Of a stretch of 64,000 nt of DNA, positions 1-13,855 are shown in pieces. The translations under genes and the position numbers were made by a program. This DNA is from Phoronis australis (lineage: Eukaryota > Animalia > Phoronida): the NCBI GenBank assembly GCA_002633005.1, contig NMRA01000226.1, forward strand, positions 251,728 to 315,727, given 5' to 3'. Positions within the stretch are counted from its first letter, which is position 1, and each line of letters starts with the position of its first letter. The notes under the pieces were generated by a model. The model worked only from the letters and a program-made list of their open reading frames with translations, was not told where the DNA came from and ran no database searches.

Positions 1-854
1 GACATGTGTCGCGATTATATTTTACGAATGTGCAGACATCCCAGTAATTGGCATTCTTGGAATATAACAGAAAACTCCAACAATCTCTTCTTGGTAGTGC
101 TGGCCATTCCCAGAAGCACTATTTTTATTTTCGTTCTAAAGACACCGAAAACGCGAGATCTATCACAAAGGACTCTTCATCACGGCTGCCTGTTGCAAAG
201 AAATAAAACGTCAATGCCTTCGAGTGTGACTTAAAATCTTGAATTTTTAAAAAAAGACAAATGAATTGTGCCAACTGGCAAGGTTCTCCACAAAAATAGT
301 ACAGCAAGAGGACCCCAGTAACTGCAAACATGTGCAACTGATTTAAAAATTGTAATTCACTATAATTCAGTTTCCAACAAACTGAAAAACAAATTGCCAA
401 GCATTATGGCCATTATAGATCAGAAGTTGTTGGCTTGTACCACGAAGCAGAAGATTAAATAAGTTATTTTTTTGACAAAATTGAACTAAATGCTCAGAGG
501 CTTCTATTCAAAAGTGCTCGACTAAACAGTAAGTGAAACCGGAGTTTGCATTTAAGCTGTCAAATGTAATTTTAGAATATTAATAATTAAAACTAGACCT
601 TGTAAGCTTTCCCCACCATTGAATGCGGACATCAGAGGCCTACTTTGTCGATGGTCAAATACCTTTTTGCGATATTGGGAACATGGTGGTTTTCAGAGGA
701 ACGAGCATTGCAACCACCATAAATGCAATGGAATTAAGAACTACAATTCAATAAACTTTGTGCCATTAGAAATCTTAGATATCAGTCATAACCACGACCA
801 CGAAAGCACAGTTATGACCTTCGATAAAACAGGCTTCGGATGAAATCAGTGAAA

Positions 855-1098
855 AGGAGGCAGTGTGGCCTAGTGTGATAGGTGCTCGCCTTTTTTACTC
901 GAGGTCGTGGGTTTGAGTCCCACTGGGCCACACAGCTAGACCCCTGAGTCAGGTTTCTAGCTCCTCAGCTCAGTTTTAACTATATATTAATAAAGCATAA
1001 AAATAGTTCCAGGTGATCAGTGCAATGGGTCTACATGCGAGGCCTGCGCACGTCAGGTACAACGTGTATCAGACCGCCTTTAATAATTATATTATAAC
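855..1098 (+). mobile_element. tRNA-derived SINE
   Basis: A-box-like TGTGGCCTAGTGTG, B-box-like GGTTTGAGTCCC, an AT-rich tail and a possible CAGTGAA duplication. Homologous to the copies at 32.2 kb and 46.7 kb. Confidence 0.8.
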
Positions 1099-1659
1099 CA
1101 GTGAAGAAGCTAACTATCCAACCTCAGTCTAACTGTCCCTCGTACGCTGCAATACTGCTCCAATATAGCAACAATAATGGTGCAAGTCAACTAGTTTGTA
1201 TCCAGTGAACCACCAATATTGTGTTAAATTAGCCTACTGCAACCAGAGGAGGTGTTAATAGGCTTCATACTATACCTAGGGGGGAAAACTCTTGACTTTC
1301 TCACGCTATCAGAAATGACGAATATTGTCAAACATAACACGTTGAACCATGAAACATGAATTTTCAGCACTAAGACTCCCAACAGATACAATTAGAATAG
1401 GAAACTTAGTGAATTTAGATTAAGATTTCCCTGAAGGCAAAGTAAATATTTATATGCAGCAATGAATCACCATGCTGATATAATATCTACATATAACATT
1501 ACAAATTTATAGTATTACTTGCTCTCACTAAAGGAGGGATTTCATATATCAAGGAGGAACAGTAATTTTTTTCAAGGCCAAAAAGAATAGTGGATTCCGG
1601 TCTGTTTTTTTGAAAATCAAGTTGGTGGTGTGGTATTTTTTTAGCTAATCACCTTTTAA

Positions 1660-2556
1660 AGGCGAAGGCAACCTTTTTTCATGTCATTTTTAGAAAAAAT
1701 AAGGTTCGTTGGTTATCTCAAAAAAAAATTACCACTTCATTACAGCTTTTCGTAATTTAAATAATTATTCGTTCTCTACTCCGGAAATGACGTTTTGGGA
1801 GGCAAGAATTTCGCGCCAATTTCTTTTCATATAGTCTGACTATGAGAGCTGTCGAGTTAGTCATTGATATACCTCGGTTGTGATAAGTTCGTTCGTCGAT
1901 TGCTTTTGTTTACGAATCAGTCAACATGCCACACTGTTGCTGCGTATCGGGATGTACTCATTATGGCCCAAAGCCTGTAAGCAGCCATGCTGCAATGTTG
2001 AGTAGTGGGAGTGAATACAGGCCCCTTGCAAAATCCAGTGAAGAGGACAGTTCGTCATTCAATGAACAGATCGGTGAGCCAAACTTGGAAAAGTTTATTG
2101 TGGACTTGTCTAAAGTATTGGAGCTATTTAGAATATGCCAGGTGTGTGGCGAGGGAGTCACACGGCAGGGTGTAAGCAGTTTGTGTGCTCAGGTTACAAT
2201 CCAGTGGAAGTGTGTCGCGGGCAAGTGGGACAGTTGTTCCTCTGTACGTGAGACGATAATGAGCACATCCTGGTACGCAGCAACAGTGTGACATGTTGAC
2301 TGACTCGTAAACAAAAGCAAACGACGACCGAACTTATCACAACCAAGATAGAACAATGGCTGACTCGGCAGCTCTCACAGTCAGACTATATGAAAAGAAA
2401 TTGGCGCGAAATTCTTGCCTCCCAAAACGTCACTTCCGGAGTAGAGAACGAATAATTAATTAAATTACGAAAAACTGTAGTTAAGTGGAAAATATGTCTG
2501 GTATATCCAAAGAATCTTATTTTTTCTAAAAAAGACAAAAAAGGTTGCATTCGCCT
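1660..2556. mobile_element. Non-autonomous Kolobok-like DNA transposon with ~300-bp inverted arms
   Basis: TTAA flanks at 1656-1659 and 2557-2560. Ends AGGCGAAGGCAACC...GGTTGCATTCGCCT. Arms 1660-1964 and 2256-2556 are reverse complements. The internal ORF 1926-2291 joins a THAP-type start (MPHCCCVSGCT) to a transposase-like fragment (KFIVDLSKVLELFRICQVCG...VTIQWKC). Confidence 0.8.
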
Positions 2557-3068
2557 TTAAAAAAGGAATATCCGCAGAGACAATACTTTTATGCATCACT
2601 TGGCAAATCACAGCATTTTAAACCTTGCTTGCATGGCTTTGAGCAGCTTCTCAAAATAATAACACAAAATTTTGTGTGAAATTGATGAAGGCATGCATTT
2701 TTAATTAGTTGGTGAACGCAGGTATCAGGATGTGTCAGGGTAAACACCAGAACTAACTTTGCTTCATTCGGCCTAATTTCTGATTTTTTAACACCGAAAG
2801 AAACAGTCAACTGAAGAACAAAACCTTGTTTTCACAATCGGATAACCGAGTCCTTGTCAAGAAAGGTTTAATTACAACCACTTCCTGACAGGGGGAGAAT
2901 ACAATGTATTTATTACACAATCCACTTACAAATCAAACCCAATGATAGAAACAGCACCAATATGACCCATCCTTCCTGCACATAACACAGAAGAACGAGA
3001 CATCAAGTTACAAACAAATCCTACAGGAAGAATCACAGAAACAAATGAGACGACACCACTCCACTTAC

Positions 3069-6000
3069 TCATTTTGAATCATCTCTCGGCAGACAGATGC
3101 CATGGTGCCCAGAATGTCTGTTGTGTATTGGATTGGAAGATCTTTGTTCTGTAACAATGAAGTATGTCACATTTGAGCCAGGCTTATAAACTGGTCGATT
3201 GCATCAATTCTGCTCAACAAGGCAGTGTATTTTTATAACAGCGAAACATTGCAAATGATGCAAACATGGCAGTTTTACAAACAATGCCTACTTCCTCAGA
3301 CCACTTTTTAAATGAACTGTTTGTTTGTAAAACATCAACACGACGTACATCTTTTGGTAAAACAGCCCCCTCCCCAATCTTTTACACTGTCTGACCTGAA
3401 CATGTGTAACACTTTAGGAACCAACAAATACTAGTGAACCATTTACTCCCACAAGTAACCATGGTAGCATGTTCAGTCAATCAGAAAAATGACTGCATTA
3501 CTTCACCTCAGTATCCAAAGACAAAATAAAAATAAATTCTAACTTCTGAATCAAATCAAAGGTCTTCAACATCAAATGAAGAAAAACTTAACTGTTTCTG
3601 CACTGAATGACTTAAAATTTTTCGAAATTGCTCAAAAAGTCAACATACCTCTGTCACAAACTTCGTCGTCGCCTTGCTCAGTGTTTTTAACATGGGCGTG
3701 GCTTCGGCGTAAAATAATGACATGCGATTGGCCACTTCGTTAGATACGTCAAACTCTGCTTCCTTCATATCCTATCAACATCATTCAGTAAACATTGTCA
3801 CCAAGCTTTTAACTTCAACAACAGGGGCACATCAAATGATGAAACAAATCTGGGTGATGTACAAAGCACCACTCACAAACAAAATCATCAATATGACTCT
3901 GCCTAGTTTGTTTACTTCAAAATTACAGTAAAACTTACATTTTAAGTCGGATGCGCATAAGTCGAATTTAACTCCACGGAATGTTTTTCTAGTATGGGCA
4001 CTCGAGCCTTCGGATGTTTAAGATTTCACCTTACACAGATAAATTCTCTCAGCCCTCCGACTTCTGCGAGCTTTACAGTGTTATGAAAATGTGTATTTCA
4101 ATTGGGTAGCCTCTTCAATGAAAACCCTGGTCTCCCACAAGGCCTAGACAGGTACAGTACATATAAAACAGTAGGCATTCTGAATCTACGTGTGATGAGA
4201 CAGCGATACTACATCCCGAGTCGGCCATTTTCATTTTGAAGTGGAGCACATGAATATGGGCGACGCCACAAGTCAGTGAGCGTAATTTATTCTGACCAGA
4301 ACAAAGTCATTCAAATGACACCAGCTGAGTATTGCCCTGTAAGGAGCACATTTCACAAATCACGGCAACTTGAACAGAAAGGCAATTGCTGTATAAATAA
4401 CAAAGTCTAAAATTGTTTGCAAAATTTGAGACCATCAACCTGAATGAGTGCGTAGGGTGGATTTGAAGTGGAATTCAGGGATAATGCAATACAGAAACTA
4501 GTTTTCCATTACAAACAATCCCACGCCAATTATCGAGACGTGTCTAGCCTGTACTACACTGACTTTGTGTTGGGCAAGATGACTGTACGATTTGGGCTCT
4601 ATGTGGCAACAAATGTCATAACACGACGGAACTTTTGTATTTTAGTCTTGAGCCAAAATGCTAATGGCAGCAATTGATTCACGTCTGGCAAACACATTTG
4701 ACTCAAGGATCGATTTGGTGACCTGCAGCTTGCTGATGCGATGCAAAATTTTGCTTATCGGCCTGGTTGGATTTTTGCGAGTTGTAGCCTAGTCAGAAGA
4801 AGCAGATAAAAAAGATTTCAATGACAATTAGGTTTGAAATTGGTAGTGACATCAAATTTAAAAATTAGTAACATTTATACAAAAAACTTTGGTTTACAAT
4901 TGTTCAATTCATTTTGCGAAATCGGCACAACTGAACACGCACACTCCGACTACAACAGGACATAAACAAGATGGGAGACGGAATTATTTGGCAAAAATCG
5001 GCAGGACCGGACCATGACACGTGCACAAACAACATGTCCTGGCCGTTTGCTTTATGATGTAAGAGAGACGGGGACATCGGTTGACAAGTTCACTTCCCAT
5101 TTGGCGCCTCGAGGGGATTTAGCCCGGTGGCATTTGGCGAGTTGTTACAGCCAAGCCCTGTGACAGTTTCTGGCTTACGAACCGATCAAATATCTTAGTT
5201 GAAGTGAATCAAGCAAAGTCAATGTGTTGAGGCTAAGACATGTGAAAGTAAACATATTAAGCACTTTCTCCTACATTTCAGCATCGCTGCGGCTCGCAAA
5301 TGCAACTTTCACCAATTACTGGAAACACCTAGTATCGAATTAATGAGGTCACTGAAAATTGATCACTGTGACCAAAAAAGGAAAAACATGATCCAAAGAC
5401 GAAATGGTTTATATGGCAATGGTCATCTTAACAGCTCCATAAGCATAAAAGTCAGATAAAATAACATTTTTGTTAATTCTGTAAATAGATCTCCGGCACA
5501 GCTCATAATGAGGCTATAAATAAAAATTCTCCAGTCCAATTTAGATATTATTTAGCAAAAGGAAATGTTATCAACGACGACAGCCAGGACATAAATAGCA
5601 GACGATGCCAACAAATCATGGGAAACACAAACCTCATTGGCCATCTTTTTTCTGCTGAGCGTCCGTCTGTAATAACTGAAGTCATTCTGTATAGCTGGAT
5701 TTGTCATCTGCAAAACATAACAGGAAGCGCTGTATTAGCGTCTATTAGAAAAACAGCCATAAACATTGATTACATTCAATTCTTTTATATTTGGCCAGGG
5801 ACTAAAGTGTTATGCATTGAACGTCAGATAGATAATGCCAAACATTAAGTTCCACTGCAGGTCAGGTTACTCACTTCTATTCAAATTTAAGTACTTAAAA
5901 TATACTTAAAAACAAAAATAAAATGTTGACTACATTTGAATGTTGTTGTCCTTGAGAGCCCAGACACAAGATAAAATTAAAACACGGAGAAAGAATATTT

Positions 6001-9000
6001 GCAACAGCAGTTCCTCACAATCAAGCGCATTTATCAGCACAATAGTTTAATAATATTTTACAGCTTCACAGGCACAAATCGGCGATGATGCACTTTTGAT
6101 GCGTGCAAAGCAAAATCAAGATTCTTGTCATGTCATTTAAAAACCATTGAAATAGATACCAAATATAAATGCTAACAGATATAACGGGTTTACAAATGTG
6201 TTACATTGAAAATCTGCGTGAGGTACAGATGAGCTCTAAAATTAAACCATACAATAAATTTTAGCGCTTAAATCCAATCGTAAAGCCTATTGATTAAATT
6301 TGACGTAATAGTAACTTATAGGGGACCGAATAACAGACATCAAACTGGTTCTCAAAATCAGGGGCTCCTGTAGGTGACTGTTGCCAAATTTGCCACTTCC
6401 ACTCGACCGAGAACATGCAATCCAAAAATAAGAAAATTGCACAAGCAAAAGCCTATGTTGCAAAGCTCCAATCAACTACTAAGCGGTAGTCGATGAAAAA
6501 CGACGATGGAAGAGTCTAGATATTACAGCGTAGGTACCTTGAGATCATCAAAAGTAAGGACAAAATCAAGAATTTCTGCAAACTGTTTGAAGAGTGCTTG
6601 CTGTGTCTCAAGGTGCTCCCTAGGGGTCATGTCATTGGAACAGAGCACCTGAAGTAGCTGTGGTACTATATTCTCTGAAAACAGACGAGACGAAAATGGC
6701 TGTAAAGTGACAGTAAACCTGCGCTAGAGAAGAGACAAAATTTTAAATTAAAGAAATTGACTTCTTGGATGGAAAGTGGGATTAAATAAATGTAAATGAT
6801 AGTTACCACTTACGCTGCGGGTTTCCAGAATTGATTTTTCACATATCAGTTCCCATAGATACGAGAATGAAAAACAGTATGGAAAAATCTTCAATTTGAG
6901 ACAAATTTAATCAAATTGACATTTTTTATTTTTACTTTCTATTTTTCAAAAGCCTAAAAAATCCCTGCAATCGCTCAAAATGTTACCAATTTAAACTTGA
7001 CGAAATAAAAGTTCACTTGCCTGCCATGTTGAAAAATCGAACTGAAGAATTTTTACCCAAGTTTTTGCACAAGTGCATGCATGGACTCTTGATTATGACG
7101 TGGAAAATGAGGACATATTGCAAGATTTTCATCTGTTTCAGTTTTCTACCAATTTTTACCCTTCTTCTTAATTTTTCAAGAGTTTTCTGCTGCATGAAAA
7201 CTATTTCAATCCATCAATATTCAGATTTTAAAAGTTTTCCAGGCTAAGTAAGAACCAATTGTGACTCAGTGTCCTATAATTAATTTTTTAGCATTTTTGC
7301 AATTATAACAGTTTAAATCCGTGACAAATGTAAATGTTCAATAGTGCCAGAGTTTTTACTAAAAAAGGGGCTGACTGCCCACTGAAATAAGAGAGCCCCA
7401 CCTACTTAGGACAAATGACTGTTTACGCAGTCAGCGAGATAAGATAGAGGTTAAAACAAAACAGCTACTGGTTACTGCACAGTACAAAGTGTATAAGTTG
7501 CAAACCAACTCACTGATTAGACGATCAGTTAATCTTGACAGTGAAAATTACAAAAACGAAGAACATGTGACAATTCAATGTTACAAACAAAAAACACAGA
7601 AGTGCTATTCAATAATTGTCTCGATAAAGCCTGTCATTTGCTGAGATTTGCGCAAACTAAATGTTAGTCATGCATTTACGATAACTAATTGAAATTCAAA
7701 GTCACTAAATTGGAATAACTCAAGTCTATGGCGAACCATCTACTGCTAGGCGATCAGAGAGTTTCATACAGCTCATAGTGTGATGATGCAAAGTTGGGAA
7801 TGTTCAGTAAGAAACCTCCTAGTTTAGTAAGTTACATAACTAAAGTTTTAAAAATAGAAAGCGCTGCACAAGGCTATTTAAAGCTAATAAGCTAAAGTCA
7901 GTTGTTAAAAATACAGTGATGAGAAACTGTACCACAAAAGACTATAATCATACTAAAATTTAGAAACTATGACACGATACGTTTTGTTAACACCCAGGTC
8001 GATTTACAAAAAAATAATAATTATGGCACTTGGAAGGCATATTACACTGCAATGTCACTGTATATTAATTAATGTGCATTTTTATTGGGTGTGCATATTT
8101 GCATTAATACAATGTGAAGTAAATGCAGAGCCTTTGACATCGACTAAATCCTTATTTTTGTCTCAAAATATCAACAAGAATTAGAGACTAAGTAAATGAG
8201 TGTACTTACCTAAGTTAATTGAAAATTCATAATAGTGTTTTAGTTTAAGAACCAACGGACAGAGGGCATTCCATGCTTTTTCTTGATGTTCCTCACTTTT
8301 TGGATTGGATATGGCCTGCAACAACAAAGAACAGACCAGCTGAATGAAGGAGTGGATGTTGCAAAGTATTCAGTCAACAATTCACAGAATTTGAGGGATA
8401 TCATCTCTGGTCCTCATGTCGCTTCTCAAATGCAAATGTGGAAGATTGTCAACCACTCACAAACAACTGGTGAAATCACAGATATTATATGGTGACCTGT
8501 GAGCAATAGGACAGAACACTTGTTACTTGCTAGCACCATTGAAAGCACTGGCCCACTGTAACATGTTTTTTGGTGCCAGCATGGCTAACCAACCATCATA
8601 CAAAAACCAAAGATTGAAAGCGAGCTTCAACAAATGCATTGAATAAATACATACTAGATTAGCTAGTTTTTTGCTCGAAAGATTCTATAGGCATGTGACA
8701 CCCGATCACGCAGAAGTCAAATCTCACAAGTTGAAACGCAAATTATGAATCAGGCTACACGCCCACAAGTTATACGTTTGCAAGCCAAACAATAGTTTGA
8801 AAAATGACAGTAGCGCCATAGATGAAGTCACCAAATTCTGTACTCAATAAAATAGTGACTTTGTGAAACATCAAGTCAAACAGTGATGTGGGAAGGTACA
8901 CGCCTAGTCAACAAATACACAAATGGGGACATCTGGTAACATCTGGCAAAAGTACATGAATAAGATGACTCAAAATTATGTCTGTCATGACCTGAGTTCT

Positions 9001-12000
9001 GTTTCATGAAAAGTGATTTGCCTCAACATTTAAGATAGAAATTTGGAGTTACACACCCACTTCACAATCACTGAATAAAGATTTGGCCAAGTAATCATGA
9101 ATTCATCACAGTCTGGAAATAACGCTAAACATTTTTTTCTCAGTAAACTAGCAGTTATCTGAGTTATACTGCACCAAACTTCTGACTTAAAACTCTCAAG
9201 TTATTTTTTAATTAATGGAACCCAGAGGCTGAAATGCAAGTGATTTTACTTTGGCAAGTGTCAAAGTTAAGTGTCCTTAACAACGCCAATACTTAAAGGA
9301 ATTGAAGCAGACAAGTTTGCTTTTAAAGACAAACCCACTGCTATTGTAAACCTACACTTGAATAAAAATGAAATTTTGTGACAGCAAATAATGGGAAAAG
9401 CTAACAAGGTGTGACCACTATGCGCTTGAGAACATTTTCCACACAAAGCGATTACAATAGGTCATTTTTGTTACTACAAAAATTAGTCGCAAGGACAAGG
9501 AACTTGAAACTTGCTTGATTCCTTTGGGCATGTACAAATATGGTACAAAAGACCCCAACATACAGATCACTAACTTTATATTCTTGTTTTATCGACCTTT
9601 CAATCTGCACTTCATCTGCCACGTTTTCGACATGCACGACATGCATGCAATCAGAGGCACTCGTTTTTTATGGACAAGGTAATTCTCCACACATTTCACG
9701 CACACACACAAACACGCACACACCTCAATTCACACACCTAAATTTTTGGACCTGCTATGCACAAGTATTTACAAAACAGTAAGAACAGTTCTAACAGAAG
9801 CTGACTTGCCCGATAATTACTGAGAATCAATTTGGAAGTTGGAATCGCATCACGATTCTATACAACTGTTCCACTAACATTAACTGCTTGAGTAAAACTA
9901 CAGTATATGCTTCGTTTACAAGATGCAGACCATGATTAACATGGAGTTGGTCACATGACTACATAGTAAAAAAAGTTCAGTCATCTGCCAACGGTATCTT
10001 CCCTAATGGGAATAAGTTATTAGCCAGAGATTCGTTGATTAAATAAACCAATGTCTGTAGATTTATACTTCTGATTGAATGAACATAAGTATTAGACCGT
10101 TTGTAGATTAAAACTTAGAAGAAATCAGATACATCTCAGAAGACATATTCAAGAACAGGAGACGATGATGTAGCTGGCGACGATGTCTGTTTTTCTAGAC
10201 AAACAGTTGGTCTTTGAAAGCTAATAGGAAAGCAGACTAGCACAATACTGAAAGAAATCTTTTCAAGAGCTGAAACTGCTTTCAGCTTCAAATACATTGT
10301 CAATTTTTGGGTTTTCACTCTCAAATAGTCAAGTACTCACCACGACACAAAAGCAGGAAGTTAACATGTGAACTGTTTCATACCTTAACAAAGCCACAAA
10401 GAACAGTTCAGACACTAGACTGTACGATATCAGTACGGAAACATCAGCAATTTTAAGCAAAAATGAGAACACCTAAAAACTATCAGTTATGGCAAACACA
10501 AGTTTTTGATTTTAAGAACACTCTTGAGAACTCTTGAAGCTTTCAGGGGCTATGCAAATATATTTACTACAAAATCAGTCATATGACTGTAATGATTAGC
10601 ATATGTAAAATACAATGCTGCTCATATGATACTGGACTTTTATTCATTGTATAAGTTGCTTGCTGAAGTTATGGACAAAAACAAACAGAGCAAAAACTAT
10701 ATGTAAACCAGAGCAATTCTAAATGTTTGTTTGAAACAACACAAATGTTGTTCCTCTCCAGATTCAGTAATTTACGTTGTGGTTCTTGATGAAACCACAG
10801 GGCCCTCAATCCGTAGTCTTTGGGACTGAACATAGGCCCCATTACCTTCTGGAAAACATTGAAAAATGACGCGAAATTTACCTCATGAGGCCCAAAAATT
10901 CCCGTCAAGTCACTGAAAAATTCCCCTCCAGGTTCAAGTCACTTGTAACTCACGCACATAACAATTTGAAAGAGCGCAAGACGTTAGTTTTGGTTACTTG
11001 AGGCAGAGCCTATGAGGGCTTGCAACAGGGTGGGTTTGGTGCTATTGATGATGATCAGGAGGTAGAATTTTCCCCTCACCCCAAAAATTCCCCTCTCAGA
11101 AGGCACAGACACCTTTTCCATCGGATGAATGAGGGCCTTGAAGCTATCACGGAAAATAATAAATAAATAATTACAGTACACATCATTTTTCTACTTTTGA
11201 AAAGCTGGCTACTTATGTCGTGCAATTTCCTTTGCGATTGTTTTTGATGAGATTCTTGACAAAACAAAATTCTATTTTCATGCCACATTGTGCATTAAAT
11301 AGAACTATAAGACATAAGAAATTACTGCTGACAACTTTGAATAGATCCTACTAACTTCTAACGAATTTGGAAACTTAAAAAGTCTCTTGATGGGTAGGAA
11401 ATATTATGTGCACAGTTTACATTATTCCTTAGACAACATCTGCAGGATAAGGTAGTAATATTTATAATAAACATACCAAGTGTCACCCTAATCTAATTAG
11501 TAAACACAGCAGAGTTTGTCTGGTCTGTTACTCCACATTGAATATCACAGTCAATAATTAATGAGATGAGCCCAGTGTTGACTCAGATTTGTTCCTAGTT
11601 ACAGCACAACAATGGAGATCAATATGGCTGAGTGATTCTGCATCTCAAGTGAGCAAGTATCAGCAGGAGGTCTCACAAGATTCCTAGTAACTCAAGATTA
11701 CACAACATTTCCTCAGAGCGATTTCAGCCAGCAAATGTATATCAGTCCCAGTTCATTGTAATTTACCCTACTGTGCAACTGATCCACTGGACAACAACTT
11801 TAACCTGCATTTTATCATATTCAACTGGCTACGCACAGAAATCGTATTAGGTTTTTCACTTTCATGAAATTGGCCTCGTAATATTTCTTAGCACGATAGT
11901 ATTCTATTTCAATTACTAACAAGAACTAGGAAACAATCAGCAACTTGAGAAAATGCTTCAGACCTTATTGGGGTTGCCAACCCTAAAAATTGCCACTTAA

Positions 12001-13855
12001 AAATAACACATGAATTGTGATTTGATTTGATTTGTTTATGAAAATGGAATCCAGTCACCGAAAGGAATAGTATGATTTTATATTTCATGAGAGTAGAAGT
12101 GGTAATTTGATTTCCGTTTTAAGTCTGCTAAACAGGGCGACTTGCAACCTTAAGTGACAGAATTCAAAACCTGAGTAACCCCAAATTTTAGCATAGTGCA
12201 ACTTCTTCCCAATCAATTTTTTCGCATCCCAAATTAGAAGATTTTTGCCAGACTTGTAAACGATCCAATCAGGAAAGGCTCCACAACCAGAGGAGGATGA
12301 GGTGCCTCAAGGAAGTTAAATGGACACAAACAGAAAGATTCATTATTTGTCCCCTCCCCCCTGCCACCTCTGAACAAGCTTGCAAATAAACATTATATGG
12401 ATTGTTTATCTACAATTTAACCTGGGAGTAAGCAAAGGTTTTACTTGACCCAGCCTTAGATTTGGATGAGTGGCTGAGGTCACTGTGTCAACTTTTAAAT
12501 ATCGAACACTATCTCAGCCTGACCTACTAGGTGGCAGTGTTTTCTACCACACGGCAACCCTCCAATTAAAATGTGAACCTAATTGAAATGGAACATTATT
12601 CCAAATCTTAAAGATTCCCACATTAAAATGTGCCCTATAAAATGTGAGGTGGCAAAAACTCAGCCCTGTAGTAAAGCTCCACTGTTCAACTCAACGAATT
12701 ACTCTTCTTCAATGCTCATCCCGTGAACGGAAGAACCTTACGAGAAAATTTGAAATAGACAGTCGTGTACCGCTCACCTCTCGTATTTCATTGGAAGCTC
12801 CCACATATTGCTGCAACTCTTTGATAATTTGTTCGGCCTTCTCTAGGTCCGCCTGTACTAAGCTGTACACTGACGCCTCAGACTCACCAGGTTGGGATCC
12901 TGCAAGTAAACAAAGAATCCGCATGTAAACAAACAATGGAGCTCATTTCATCTGGCTCTCAAAGCACGTTGTCATAGCAGGATGCAATTAATATGCTCAA
13001 TTAAAGACTACACCCACTGCTTGTACATGATTATATTATTTGTCATGTATACCCTGCTATGTCTTGCTTCCTTAAATCTTGTTTAATGCCAGACTTGTAC
13101 ATGGCGTCAGTGTATAGGTGCTTGTGATAGGGGTGACTTCAGAATTGCTCCACCTTTTCTCTGTAGTACTCATTTCTAGAATAATCTACAACCTAGTAGG
13201 GAAACTTGCAGTAAAATTCTTCAATTCTCCACACCAAAAATATTCATTTTGTCAAAAAAGTGCATTTGGTGTGAGTAATTATGAAATAAATTTTACTACT
13301 TGGTAACCAAGAACCAGAAAGCAATGCACTAAATTGTTATGAACAAAACTGGCTCCATCACAAATGGCAGTATACCATACCAGCTGCAAGAGCCCAGCAA
13401 ATTTTTATGTCAACATTAAGTAACAGATGTGTAAGTCTGATTATGGATTTTGAAAAAACTATAAAAAAATAATCACGACGACTGCAGATCACCATAACGA
13501 GAATAGCAGGGGCTGAAGTATGGTCAACATTCATCTCACTTCAAGACGACGACAATAAACTTGGGACTTTTAATTAACAAAATTATAGAACATTTTCCTT
13601 TTAAGATGTTTGAAACAACTGAGGCACCAACCACTTACTATTGGTATGCAACCATGAGGGGGTCAGAGAATACCCAAACAATATTTTCATTGTTTTCAAA
13701 ATCAAGGAAACAATCTCATTTTTTCCAAAGACAAATAATTCCTAGCAATCTATACAATAAACAAGCCACATTGGCTTCGACTCACCTTCAAAGTCGACAA
13801 ACAGATCTACTGAAGGGGGGTTGTCCTTGGACAGGACACTCAATAACTTGCCCAT
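3069..13855 (-). CDS. CYRI: CYFIP-related Rac1 interactor (CYRI/FAM49 family); spliced, 3' exons lie outside the window
   Basis: Seven GT-AG exons join in frame on the minus strand. 13786-13855: [23 protein letters not shown]. 12778-12899: [41 protein letters not shown]. 8210-8315: [35 protein letters not shown]. 6538-6674: [46 protein letters not shown]. 5633-5707: [25 protein letters not shown]. 3649-3771: [41 protein letters not shown]. 3069-3148: [26 protein letters not shown]. Phases are compatible at every junction, and the peptides match remembered vertebrate FAM49A/B motifs ([34 protein letters not shown]). Confidence 0.96.
10798..11140. mobile_element. Possible hAT-like MITE
   Basis: Ends CAGGGCCCTCAATCC...GGATGAATGAGGGCCTTG; repeated AAAAATTCCC motifs inside; no clean TSD. 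Confidence 0.35.

Noticed and set aside
600-850. Candidate next CYRI exon
   Set aside because: No frame gives the expected CLRVMVGVIILYDHVHP-like peptide, so the remaining exons must lie before position 1.
855-925. tRNA gene
   Set aside because: A/B boxes are present but there is no clean cloverleaf, and it continues into a body shared with two other TSD-flanked copies, so it is a SINE head.
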